Assembly: GCF_006345805.1 (NCBI RefSeq)
Contig: NC_043006.1
Span: 38,998,001 to 39,062,000, forward strand
DNA length: 64,000 nt
Direction of reading: 5' to 3'
DNA from: Octopus sinensis
Lineage: Eukaryota
Positions within the stretch are counted from its first letter, which is position 1, and every line of letters begins with the position of its first letter. The translations under genes were made by a program, and so were the position numbers. Of the stretch, positions 51,498-64,000 are shown one piece after another. The notes beneath the pieces are model-generated. The model saw nothing but the letters and a program-made list of their open reading frames with translations, made no database searches and was not told the DNA's origin.

Positions 51498-52334
51498 CCT
51501 GCATGTAAGCATGCACATATTGTTAATAAGATGTAAAAGACGCAACACTTTCTTTTACAACTAAGTCTGAGTTAAAAGCTGAAAAAGATACAATGTAGAA
51601 AATCAAATTAATTTATTAGATTTAAAAATCTTTTCAGTGATGTCTCCCTCTCTCCTTTCTCTGCTGCTCTCACTTCTCTCCCTCTCACTCCTGTCTTTCC
51701 TTCTCCCTTCCTTGCTCTCCCTCAGTTAGTAAACTTCTCCCTACCCCCCCATTCTTTCATACCCTATCTCTTCATTCTATCTCTTTCACTTTCACATATT
51801 GTATTTCCTTATTCTCGCTTTCTCTCCCTCTCTCTCTCCCACCATCTTTTCCAGTCTTACTCTCTCTTTTCTTATGTGTAATCTTCTGTCAAACCTGCTC
51901 TTTATTCTCTCTCCTTACCTCTCTCTCCTTTAGCACTCTTCTTTCTTACTCTCATTCATTCTCACTCCTAGTTCTCTCTAGTTTTTGTCTCATTGTGTTC
52001 TTTTTTGTTTTTGTCAACCTTGCTTTTTATCCCCCCCCTCTCCCTCTCTCTCTTTCATCCTCAAACACTATAAATTGTATCTCTGCCTTTTTCTTTTCCC
52101 TTTTTCCAATCAGATTTCCTCTTTCCCTTTAACTTTATATATATCTCTTTTCTGTCTTCTCCCCCACTATTTTCTTGTTGTAGAGGCCTGCAGTCTCCTC
52201 ACTCTCTCTCTCTCCCTCTCCACTATTTTCTCTCTCTTGGTATTTATATATATGTGTGTGTGCTTGTATGTGTATGTGTGTGTGTATGTGTGATTCACTT
52301 TCTCACCTTGTCTTTCTTTCTGGGTGTGAGTGTG

Positions 52335-52396
<62 letters not shown>

Positions 52397-53184
52397 TGTA
52401 TGTGTACACACATACACGTTGTGTATGCATGTTTGAGTATTTGTGTGTGTGTGGGATTCACTTTCTCACCCTGTCTTTCTCTCTTTCTGGGTGTGAGCGT
52501 GTATGTGTGTATATATTTATGTACACACATACATGATGTGTATGTTTGTGTATTTGTGTTTGTGTGTGTGTGTGTGCATGCGTGTATGTGTGGGTGTGAT
52601 TCATTCACTATTTCACCCTCTTACCCTTCTCATTAAATCTTCCACAGCTTTGACTATTCAGAAACCACCACCACCACCACCACAACTACTATACTATATC
52701 CCCCACCACTCACAAATATACAATATCAGAAAGACTATTTCAAAGCATATTCAATTAAGATTATCACAACAAGATTACGTGTTAATCCATGATATTGTTT
52801 CATTTTTTTGTTGTTGTTGTTTGAGAGAATGAGTACATGTGAAGCACAGTTGTGTGTTTTCATTAGTTAGTGTATGTCCATATGTGTTTATTTTTGTGTG
52901 ATTATGTTTATGTGTGTGTGTGTGTCTGTGTGTCCATGGGATTTTGTTTGATATATTTTTCCTTGTATCAGTTCTATTCAATATATTTAATTTTCAAAAT
53001 TTATTTATTGTGACACCATATTTTGCATTAAAAAACGCCACACATTATTTCACTCTTTCTTTCTTTTCACAGGCATACATAACTACGCATGGACATACAC
53101 ACAGAAACACACATGTACACGCAAAATACAAACATACACAAACTTACAACGTACACATACATGCATGTATATATATATATATAA

Positions 53185-53224
<40 letters not shown>

Positions 53225-53583
53225 GCATACATACACATACAAGTAGCTGAATAATTAAGTTATCAATATAGCAGCTCTAAGGTATCAAACTAAACAGCAC
53301 ATATTCTGCTGTAGGCATTCTGTTATGTTCCTGCAGCAAGGAATGTTCAAGCTTTATATGCATGACACCATAAGTAGCATTAAAAAACTTATGCAGTTTT
53401 CTTTCTTCCTCTCTGCCTTCCCCACAAATACATGTTCACGTTCATACAAACACAACAAGGTGCAGTTGTGTGATTACGAAGTTCATTTTGCAACAACAGG
53501 GCATCAGGTTCAGCCCCACTCTGCAGCACCTTGGGCAAGGTCTTCTATTATAGCCCCAGGCTGACTAATCCCTCGTGAGTCCG

Positions 53584-53619
<36 letters not shown>

Positions 53620-53886
53620 CGTGTGTGTGTGTGTGTGTGTATGTATGTGTGTATATATATGTGTATATATATATATGTGCGTGTGTGTGTATATATATAT
53701 ATAATATATATATATATATATACGTGTGTGTATATATATATATATGTATATATATATATGTGTGTGTATATATACATACATACATAGATACATACCTACC
53801 TACATATATATATATATACATAGATACATACCTACCTACCTACATATTTATATATATATATATATATACATAGATACATACCTACC

Positions 53887-53933
<47 letters not shown>

Positions 53934-54124
53934 CGAGCTGGCAGAATTGTTAGCATGCTGGGTGGAATGCTTAGTGGCATTTCATCTGCCGCTACATTCT
54001 GAGTTTAAATTTCGCCAAAGTTGATTTTACATTTCATCCTTTCGGGGTTGATAAAGTAAGTACCAGTTGAGTACTGGGGTTAATGTCCTTGTGGCAAAAT
54101 TTGAAACTATTATGCATATATATT

Positions 54125-54171
<47 letters not shown>

Positions 54172-55071
54172 TATCAACATCATTTAACGTCTGTTTTCTG
54201 TGCTGGTATGGGTTACATAGTTTGAGTGAAGCTGGTAAACTGGAGGTTTGCACCAGGTTCTAATCGTCTGTTTTAGCTTGGTTTCTAAAGCTAGATGTCC
54301 TTCCTGACACCAACCACTTTACAGAGTTTACTGGGTGCCTTTTCCATGTCATCGACATGGCTACCTTTCACATATCATCATCATCACCATTACTACTAAA
54401 TATCCGTTTTCCATGCTGGCATGAGTTGGACAGGTTTGACAGGATCTGCTAGGACTGTGCTTCCTATTGCCAATCACCATACATTGTATATTGGTCCCTT
54501 TCTTTTACGACACCATCCCTAATGAGCTCAGCAAGGAAATTGCAAGACAGAGAAGAAAAAAGGGTAGAGCTCCCATGACTCTGTGTGCATGTGTGGGAGA
54601 GGATGAAGAAGAAGGAGGTGACTTGATGGCAGGTACTGAGAGGTTTAAGTACGATAGAAAGAGAGAGACAGACAAGCACATGCATCTTGCAGTGGAGGAA
54701 GTACATAGCTACCCTACATTATAAGGGTGAGTTGTGGTAACCGAGGAGAGGAAGAAAGAAATGGGTACTGATGGTGTGCCAGTGGGTGTCTTTGTGTCAA
54801 TGTTGTCTGCTCACCACCTCATCATGACTGATGCTGGTTTGTTTACAACCCTTTGCGGCAGTGCCCCAGCATGACCACAGTCCAACAACTGAAGCAAGTA
54901 AAAGACAAAAAGAGAAAAGAATCCAACTGCTGAAGGGTCTAGTTTCCTATCCTGTGGTATGTTTCGCATCGTTTATTTGTCTCTAATAGTCCTTTTATAT
55001 TCACAACAACATAAACAATAGAGGAAAGATTACTAACACAAACTACCTAAGTTTCAGGAGAATTTTCCCTC

Positions 55072-55742
55072 TTAACCCTTTTGATACCAACCCAGCTGAA
55101 ACTGCCTCTGTCTCTGAAATACAAATGTCTTGTTTTCATAAGTTCCACCAAACCTTAGTCACAATTTATGTTCCTAACACTAGCTTAATGATAACTAAGT
55201 TATTTTACTAAATTCTCTGTTATATTTAAAATTAATTGAAAGAAACACAGAGCATCTCATCAGGAAATATGGTAATAAAAGGGTTAAAATATATAATAGA
55301 GAAATAATTCTTAACCCTTTTGATACCAACCTAGCTGAAACCGCCTCTGGTTAAAATCTTCCACCAATCCTTAATCACAATTTATGTTCCTAACATGAAA
55401 ACTAAGTTATTTTACTAAATTCTTTGCTAAATTTAAAATTAATTGAAAGAAATACAGAGCATCTCAACAGAACTATAGGAACAAAAGGATTAAAATATAT
55501 AATAGAGAAACAATTCTTAAACCATTTGATAACTACCAGGCTGAAACCATCTCTGGTTACGTAGTATAAATGCCTTCTTTTCATAAGTTCTGAATTAAAA
55601 TCTTCCACTAAACCTAAGTCACAATTTATGTTCCTAACACTAGCTTAATGATAACTAATTTATTTTACTAAATTCTTTGTTATATTTAAAATTAATTGAA
55701 AGAAACACAGAACATCTCAAAATAAATACAGTAATGAAAGGG
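55072..55742. mobile_element. Three tandem piggyBac-like MITE copies
   Basis: Copies at 55076-55283, 55315-55489 and 55521-55742 have CCCTTTT...AAAAGGG-type ends (degenerate in copies 2 and 3) and TTAA flanks (except the last); a near-identical 23-bp spacer separates the copies. Confidence 0.75.
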
Positions 55743-55989
55743 ATATGCTTTAAGTTTCATACACATCCTGATAGTTCATCATCATCATCATCCAGTGTTT
55801 TAAACCTGGGTTTTATTCCCATTAACAGGGGTAGCCAGATCTACCTTAGCCCACCCCATACCTTTGAGTTGGCTGGCTGTCTGGTGCCCGTTCTCCTTTG
55901 TTATCATGAGGTTTTTTTGGAGTTTAACATGTTATACTTCCCATTAATATGTTAACGCTAACTTAAGGCAGTGGGTTATTCATTTATTC

Positions 55990-56335
55990 TTTTGCTTTTT
56001 ACTTTTTACAATCATTTAACTGTGGCCATGCTGGAGCACTGCTTTTAGTTTAACAAATCGAGCCCAGATCTAATTCTTTGTAAGCCCAGTACTTATTCGA
56101 TGAGTCTGTTAAGTTACGGAGACATAAACACAGCACCATCGGTTGTCAAGTGATGGTGGGGAGGACAAACACACATATATATATATACACGACAAGCTTC
56201 TTTCAGTTTCCATCTACCAAATCCACTCACAAGGCTTTAATTGACTTGAAGCTATAGCAGAAGACACTTGGCCAAGGTGTCACACAGTGGGACTGAACCT
56301 GGAACCATGTAGTTTGTAAGCAAGCTACTTAGCTG
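55990..56335 (-). mobile_element. SINE family A
   Basis: Head and tail motifs. Confidence 0.85.
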
Positions 56336-57134
56336 TGTGGTAATACCTAGCAGTATTGTTAGCACATCTACTTTTAGTGGGACTCTGCTGATAACAATGA
56401 GGGGTGTTCCAGATGATTCAATCAAAGGAACAGCCTGCTCGTGAAATTAACATGCAAATGGCTGAGCACTCCACAGATATGTGTACACTTAATGTAGTCC
56501 TCAGAGAGATTCTGTGTGACACAGAGTGTGACAAGGCTGGCCCTTTGAAACACAGGCACAACTCATTTCTACAGCTGAGTGAACTGGGGTAACAGTGTCT
56601 TGCTCAAGAACAGAATGCATCACCAGGAATCGAACTCATGTCCTTATGATCGTGAGCCAAATATTCTAACCATTAAGCTATGTGCCTTAACTGTTAATAG
56701 ATGGGATAGAATTTTTAGCAGTATTTCTTCTAAATCCAAATTCAAGCGGGGTCAACTTTGCCATTTGGGATCAATAAAATAAGTGTTTGTTGAGCACTGA
56801 GGTTAACATTGATTACCACCACCCCCTAAAATTGCTGGCCTTGTGCCTATAATAGAAAGTTAGCACTAATTACCTGTTGCTATAATCATGCAAGTCATGA
56901 CTGTGAGGAATTTGTTCTCTGAATAGGTTGACAAATATAGATTCTCCTAAATTTCTTCCCCGGTGCTCTCATCATTACTTTGGAAAGTACACTGAGGTTT
57001 ATATTTTGCTAAGAAGACTTAATAAGAATGAAAGATGCCTGCAATTATCTCCCATACTTCTTGAAAGCTTCAAAATATAAGTTTCTCTTTTACTGCATAA
57101 TGGCTTCTAGTTCATACACATACACACACACCAT

Positions 57135-57172
<38 letters not shown>

Positions 57173-57233
57173 GCATATATATTATATATGCATACACACA
57201 CACATACACATCTGCATATATATTATTCACACA

Positions 57234-57452
57234 AGGTGGCTAGCTGGCAGAATTGTTAGCATGCCGGGCAAAATGCTTGGTGGTATGTCATTTGTGTTCA
57301 TGTTCTGAGTTCAAAATCCACCGAGGTCAACTTTGCCTTTCATCCTTTCGGAGTCAATAATTTAAGTACCAGTTGTATATTAGGGGTGATCTAACTGACT
57401 GGCCCCCTCCCCCAAAATTTTGGGCTTGGTGCCTAGAGTTGAAAAGAATATA
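57234..57452 (+). mobile_element. SINE family B, full length
   Basis: B consensus. Other B copies lie near 2981 (-), 7255 (+), 18510 (+), 53931 (+) and 56705 (+). Confidence 0.85.
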
Positions 57453-57459
57453 TATTATA

Positions 57460-58280
57460 CACACTCACATAGACACACACATGTGCATATGTATTATACA
57501 TATACATATAATATTATTATAATATACATATATTATACAGATATATTATTATATATTATACATACACACACATGTACATATCTATTATACACACAAGCAT
57601 GTGCATATAATACATATACACACACATGTGCATATCTATTATACACACAAGCATGTGCATATAATATATATACACACACATGTGCATATCTATTATACAC
57701 ACATGCATGTGCATATAATACGTATACACACACATGTGCATATATATTATACATACACGCACATGTACATTTATATTATACATACACACGTGCATATAAT
57801 ACATACACATACATATATATATTATACACACACATGCACATGAGCATATATATTATACATAGACACACACATGTGCATATATATTATACATACACACATG
57901 TGCATATATATTATACATACATACACACATGCATATATATTATATATATACACACACATATGCATATATTATACATACACACACGTGCATATATATTATA
58001 CATACATACACACTCACATGCATATATGTATGCACACATGCATATATATTATATATATATACACACACGTACATATAAATTATACATATATACACAAACA
58101 TGTGCATATACATTATACATACATACACACACACACACACGCATATATATATATAATACATACTCTCACACACATGTGCATATAATAGGTATACACACAT
58201 ACAAACATGCATATATATATATTATACATGCACATGTGCATATATATTATACGTATATACACACACACACGCATATGTAT
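57460..58280. repeat. Degenerate CA/TA minisatellite
   Basis: Repeated cacacatgtgcatata...ttatac units; explains the 288-aa pseudo-ORF. Confidence 0.9.
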
Positions 58281-58844
58281 ATATAGTCTTACTGATATAA
58301 AAAGGAGAAATAAAACTGAACATTCAAAGACAAACCTATCTTTATGTTTAGCTGATAATCCACATTTGTGGCTCAGAGTCCACAAGTTTCGTGTGTTACG
58401 CTGATCAAATTTATCAAACTCTGTGTGTGTGTGTGTGTGTTTTATGATAAATCTTTATATGAAAGAGAGAAAAAAATAACAAAGAAGGGCAATGAGAACT
58501 GATAATTATAAACTGACAATGTCTCGTTATAATGTGATAATAATTGTCTTTGATGTATTGTCACTAAGTCATTATGGCTGTCAATATCATTATTGTCATC
58601 GTCATCAGCAGTGTTGTTTTCATTATTGTCACGCTAAAACTTCACCATCACCAATCACAATATTCATCCTCATCATCATCATCTCCATCATCATCATCAC
58701 CATCACCATCACCATCACCATCATCATCATCATCACAAGTCAACAAGTGTCTCTATGTAGTAATTCAGCCTGCTAGAAATAGACCTGTATCCTTTAATGT
58801 CACATGATCATCATCCTCATCATCACCACCATCAACACCATCTC

Positions 58845-59019
58845 TTTTTACTCTTTTACTTGTTTGAATCATTTGACTGTGGCCATGTTGGAGCACCGTC
58901 TTTAGTTGAACAAATCGACCCCAGGACTTATTCTTTGTAAGCCTAGTACTTATTCTATCGGTCTCTTTTGCCAAACCGCTAAGTTACGGGGACGTAAACA
59001 CACCAGCATATACATACAC

Positions 59020-59080
<61 letters not shown>

Positions 59081-59250
59081 AATACATACGACAGGCTTCT
59101 TTCAGTTTCCGTCAACCAAATCCATTCACAAGGCTTTGATCGGCCCGAGGCTATAGTAGAAGATACTTGCCCAAGGTGCCACGCAGTGGGACTGTATTAG
59201 GAACTATGTGGTTCGTAAGCAAGCTACTTACCACACAGCCACTCCACCTA
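58845..59250 (-). mobile_element. SINE family A, full length, low divergence
   Basis: Head and tail motifs. Further partial A copies lie near 3410, 7155, 10215, 11480, 12395, 18695, 19140, 21300, 22515, 24625, 35005, 39540, 45285, 47221, 53455, 54790, 59905 and 63435. Confidence 0.9.
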
Positions 59251-61853
59251 TTAACAAATAGCCTCAATTCAGTAGTTTGGCTTGCTAGAAATAGAAGCTT
59301 AATCATACTACTCTAGTTATTATGTAAGACTTCATTGAAGAATGCAGTATTAGATATATGTTGCCTAAATAAAAAGTGGAATCGTCACTTGGCAGGAACA
59401 CTGTCGAACATAAGTCTATATACATGGAATTGAATAGGGGCCAAGCAACAACAGCAGCTGATATCATCTTCATTGCCATCCTTATTGTCATCTCCATTAT
59501 CCAAACCATTAGCACATTGTAATTGTCATTAGTCAGTGCCTCCACCATCGCCACTACCACCACCTCTACCACCACTACAATAGCATCTACCATCACCACC
59601 ACCACCACCACTACAATAACTACCTCCATCACCACCACCACCACCACCACCATCACCACCACTAAAGCCACCACTACATGCCATTCAACTTGCTAGAAAT
59701 ACAAGCTTATCATCTTAGCCCTAAACTGTTCTGATTAAATGCTTGCTGATAATGTGATATGCTAATCATATGCAAATCAGTTCCCACAACTTCTTTCTAC
59801 TGGCTAGTAAAAATAAAATTTGCATATTACATCATACGGAACATGGAAAATTCTTGAAAGTACCTCTTTATCTAAAGTGTGTTAACTCTGTTCCCTTAGC
59901 TACAGGCATTGCTCTGTGGTAAGATCCTTGCTTCCCAGCCTCATCATTCCGGGTTCAGTCCCACTACATGGTACCTTGGTCAAATGTCTTCTGCTATAGC
60001 CTCGGACCGACCAATGCTTTGTGAGTGGATTTGGTGGATGGAAACTGAAAGAAGCCCGTCATTGGGTTTCTGTTTGTGTTTGTCCCCTATCACCGGTGTT
60101 GGTGTGTTTATGTCTCTAACTAAACAGTTCAACAAAAAAGATTGATAGAATAAATACCAAATTTAAAAAAAAAAAAAAAATTAAGTACTGGGGTGGTTCA
60201 TTTGACTAAAAGTTCTTCAAGGTAATGCTCCAGCATGGTCGCTACCCAATGACTGAAACAAGTATGAGAATAGAAGACAAAGGTGTCTCAGGTGCACATG
60301 CACTGACCTGAGAATACTCAATTCCTGTGCAATAAATGGTTAGACAAGCTTATGTATAAGTCCATACTGGAGAATGCTGTATTAGATATATGATAACTGA
60401 ATATAGGTGGGGATGGTCTTGGTTGAACTGCTTCCACAATAGTCATCACCTCTGCTGGTGGCATGTAAAATGCATATTCCAAACGTTGGGTCTCACAGAG
60501 GCAGGGACAAGTGACCGAGACCTTTGGTGATATACCATGCTTCGGAAGACCTGTCAAGCCAAATAAGATCGTAGTCATGGCCAGTGGTGGTGGTGTATAA
60601 GTGGCACCCATGCCGGTGGCATGTAAAAAGTACCCACTACACTATTGGAGTGATTGCCATTAAGAAGAGCATCCAACCATAGTAAATATGCCAAATCAGA
60701 CTGGAACCTGGTGCAGCTCCCTAGCTTATCAGTTTTCAGTCAAACCGTCCAACCCATGCCAGCATAGAAAACGGACATATGATGATGAGGAGGATATTAT
60801 TATTGCCCATCATCAGCATTGTTTTCAATATAGGTTGTTGTTTTACCCCAAGTTAACCATGATCTACAGACCCGCAATCAAAGGCATTTCAGTTGTATTC
60901 CAAGCTTTTTGCCAGAGTGTAAGGAGCCCATGCTCCTATTATATTATGTGTTTTATCCTAAGATGCTGGGATGTCATTCGAAGGAGGCTTGGCTGCTATT
61001 TTTAGCTAGTCAGCTGACCATATAGAGTTATCCTTGTTGGCTCATGTCGGTTGTGGTATTTTGTTATGCTCTTCATTTGAGGGAAGCAATGAAAGGATAA
61101 ATTTGAAAAGAAAACAACAAAAAAGAAAAGAAAAACAATGCCAATGAAGAAAAGAAAGAATTAGAACTAAAAAATTGAAAGGAAAAAGAAAGAATACATA
61201 AAGGAAAGAAAGAGAATGAATAAAAGTTTATTTTTTCTTTGAAAAGAAGAAGCACAAAAGAAAAATGATAGAAAGATTAGAATGAGAAAGAAAATCCCGA
61301 AAAAGAAGGAAAGAAAGTGAGATTAGGGGAGAGAGAGAAGAAACATGAAAGAAAGAAAGAGAAAAGCAGAGAAAGAGAAAAAGATGTAAAAATGAGATAA
61401 TGAAGAGAAAGCGAAAACGAAATAAAGATGAAGGAAAGTGACAAAGAAGCTAAATGTCACTTGATCTCGGAATTATCCGGAATATTATTCTGGTTTCTAC
61501 GATACATTGAACAAATTCCTTGATGTAGAAACTATGGCACTTGGACGAGAGCACGTGCTTGCTTACATGAAATACAAATACAAACATATATACATATACA
61601 TGCATACATACATACATATGCACACAGACATGTACGTGTTTATATATAAATATGTGTGTGCGTATGTATGTATATGCCCATCTGTAAGCGCATGTGCACG
61701 TGTACAAAAATACATGTATGTCTTACCACATGTATACGCAAGTACTTTGTATTCTAGACCAGACCTTGACATAGTCAACAACATCGAGATAATCCTTTAT
61801 ATTCTAACAATGATACAGACTGAAAAACATGGATCAACAACCTGCACACACAC

Positions 61854-61895
<42 letters not shown>

Positions 61896-62035
61896 ATATA
61901 CATATAGTGCATACACATATATTCGTTCAACCAAGCCACACATAAAGGTCAAATGTAATTTCATTTTTGTGATATTTCTTTTCAATAATTTCATAAACGT
62001 CCAGATTATTACATTACATATATATATATACACAC

Positions 62036-62067
<32 letters not shown>

Positions 62068-62689
62068 GTGTGTATATATAGATACACACACATATATATA
62101 TGTATATATATGTATATATATATATGCATATATGTGTGTGTGTCTGTGTGTGTGTGTATGTGTGTGTGTATACACATATAAATATATGTATATATATGTA
62201 TATATATGTATATATATATATACACACACACATTTTACACACATACACACACATATATATTACACACACACATTATGCACATCATTATACACACACAAAT
62301 CACACGCATATTATAAACACATATACACACACTATACACACACATTATATACAGACATATATTATACACACATACACACACACACATATATATACACACA
62401 CACACTATATACACACACATATATATTATACACACATACACATTACACACACACACACATAGTTTGTAAGTTGAATAATTGTGACATAATTTCTATATCT
62501 CTTAGAATGTTAGATATATTGAACTTTGCTACTGCATTGACTGACAATCGTTAAGTAAGTAAATAATATAACTCAACAGAAAGATTAACGAGAAATGGCC
62601 ACAGGGGGTGAAAAGTGCAAACTTTCAGACAGTCTTTCTGCAGAGAAAAGTTGATATATATGTGTGAGTGTGTGTGTGTGTGTGTGTGT

Positions 62690-63173
62690 GCCAGCGCCAC
62701 TTGACTGGCACATGTGCTCGTGGTACATGAAAAGCACTATTGATGTATGGCTGATGCCAGTATTGCCTGACTGGCACCCCATGCCAGTGGCACATAAAAA
62801 GCGCCATGCGTATGTGGCTGATGCCAGTGCTGCTTGACTGGCACCCTGTGCTGGTGGCACATGAAAAGCATGATTTGAGCATGGCAAATGCCAGTGCTGC
62901 CTGGCTAGTACCCTGTGCCAGAGACACATGAAAAGGACCATTCATGCATGGTTGATGCCAGTGCAGCCTGACAGGCTCCCGTGCATATGGCATATAAAAA
63001 GCACCCACTACACTCTTGGAGTGGTTGGCATTAGGAAGGCATCCAGTTGTAGAAACCTTGCCAGATCAGAATGGAGCCTGCTGCAGGCTCCCAGCTTGCC
63101 AGTTCTCAGTCAAACCATCCAACCCATGCCAGCATTGAAAGCAGATGTTAAACGACAATAACGATGATGATGA
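62690..63173 (+). mobile_element. Family E retroposon with five ~66-bp units
   Basis: Units begin gccagtgctgcctgactggc. Other E copies lie near 1745, 19555, 22620, 60440 and 63680 (+) and 1890, 30625, 30938, 43140, 54175 and 54395 (-). Confidence 0.8.
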
Positions 63174-63181
63174 TATATATA

Positions 63182-63230
<49 letters not shown>

Positions 63231-63341
63231 ATGTGTGAGTGTGTGTCTTAAATTTAAATATTGAAGTGAATCTAACGGTTTTTGTGTGTTTCTTAAATGG
63301 CTTATAAACACCCTCCGCGCTGCAAATGCTTTATATATATA

Positions 63342-63430
<89 letters not shown>

Positions 63431-63885
63431 CGTATATATGTGTGTGTTTGTCCCCTACCATCGCTTGACAACTGATGTTGGTGTGTTCACATCCCCGTAA
63501 CTTAGTAGTTTGGCAAAAGAGACCGATAGAATAAGTACCAGGCTTACAAAGAATAAGTCCTAAGGTCGATTTGTTCGACTAAAGGTGGTGCTCCAGCAGG
63601 GTCACGGTCAAGTGACTGAAAGAAGTAAAAGAGTAAATAGTACATGTATTTTATATATATAAATTATTGTACTGATGACATGAAAAAGCAGCCTGTACAC
63701 TCTGTAAAGGGGTCGGCATTAGGAAGAGCATCCAGTCACAGAAATCATACCAAAGGGGACAGTGGAACTTGACACGACCCTCTGACCTGTTGGATCCTCT
63801 CCAATCATCCAACCCATGCCAGCATGGAACACAATCATTAAACGGTGATGATAATGATATCTATCTATCTCTCTCTGTATGTATG

Positions 63886-63917
<32 letters not shown>

Positions 63918-64000
63918 CACACACACATATATATATGTGTGTGTGTGTATGGGCAGGGTGCAGTGTTGCACAGATATCCAGCTGGCAGAAGATATGCCTG

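Noticed and set aside
54467-54724. 85-aa ORF MPITIHCILV...
   Set aside because: Adjoins family E sequence and resembles 33660-33900, so it is probably repeat-derived.
57420-58286. 288-aa ORF, the longest in the track
   Set aside because: Starts in a SINE-B tail and runs through a CA/TA minisatellite that lacks stops in that frame.
61507-62181. 224-aa ORF with two protein-like patches
   Set aside because: Mostly microsatellite; the unique patches have no supporting plus-strand donors.

Overview
AT-rich, repeat-dense eukaryotic DNA. The SINE families and the very high TA/CA/GATA/AAC/GGT microsatellite load match what I recall of octopus (coleoid cephalopod) genomes; this assignment is an inference, not a database result. 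Almost every entry in the ORF track is an artefact of microsatellites or SINEs, and no complete protein-coding gene is visible. The window reads as intronic or intergenic DNA with a 100-N gap at 6366-6465. It contains dozens of tRNA-derived SINE copies (four families, called A-D here), an RTE-tailed retroposon with internal ~65-bp tandem arrays (E), a decayed Tx1/L1-like ORF1 with a CCHC zinc knuckle, an RTE 3' fragment, and Tc1/mariner-, piggyBac-, hAT- and possibly Helentron-like non-autonomous elements. The two most notable signals are: (1) about seven type-I hammerhead ribozyme motifs in short ORF-less, often fold-back elements, most beside (TA)n tracts, one with a fully canonical core (4281-4380, minus), consistent with Penelope-like element (PLE) derivatives; and (2) a textbook zero-length-exon recursive splice-site motif at 15730/15729 on the minus strand. 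A candidate 9-nt microexon and a few low-confidence exon-like islands are also listed. Coordinates of degenerate repeats are approximate (about +/-10-20 nt).
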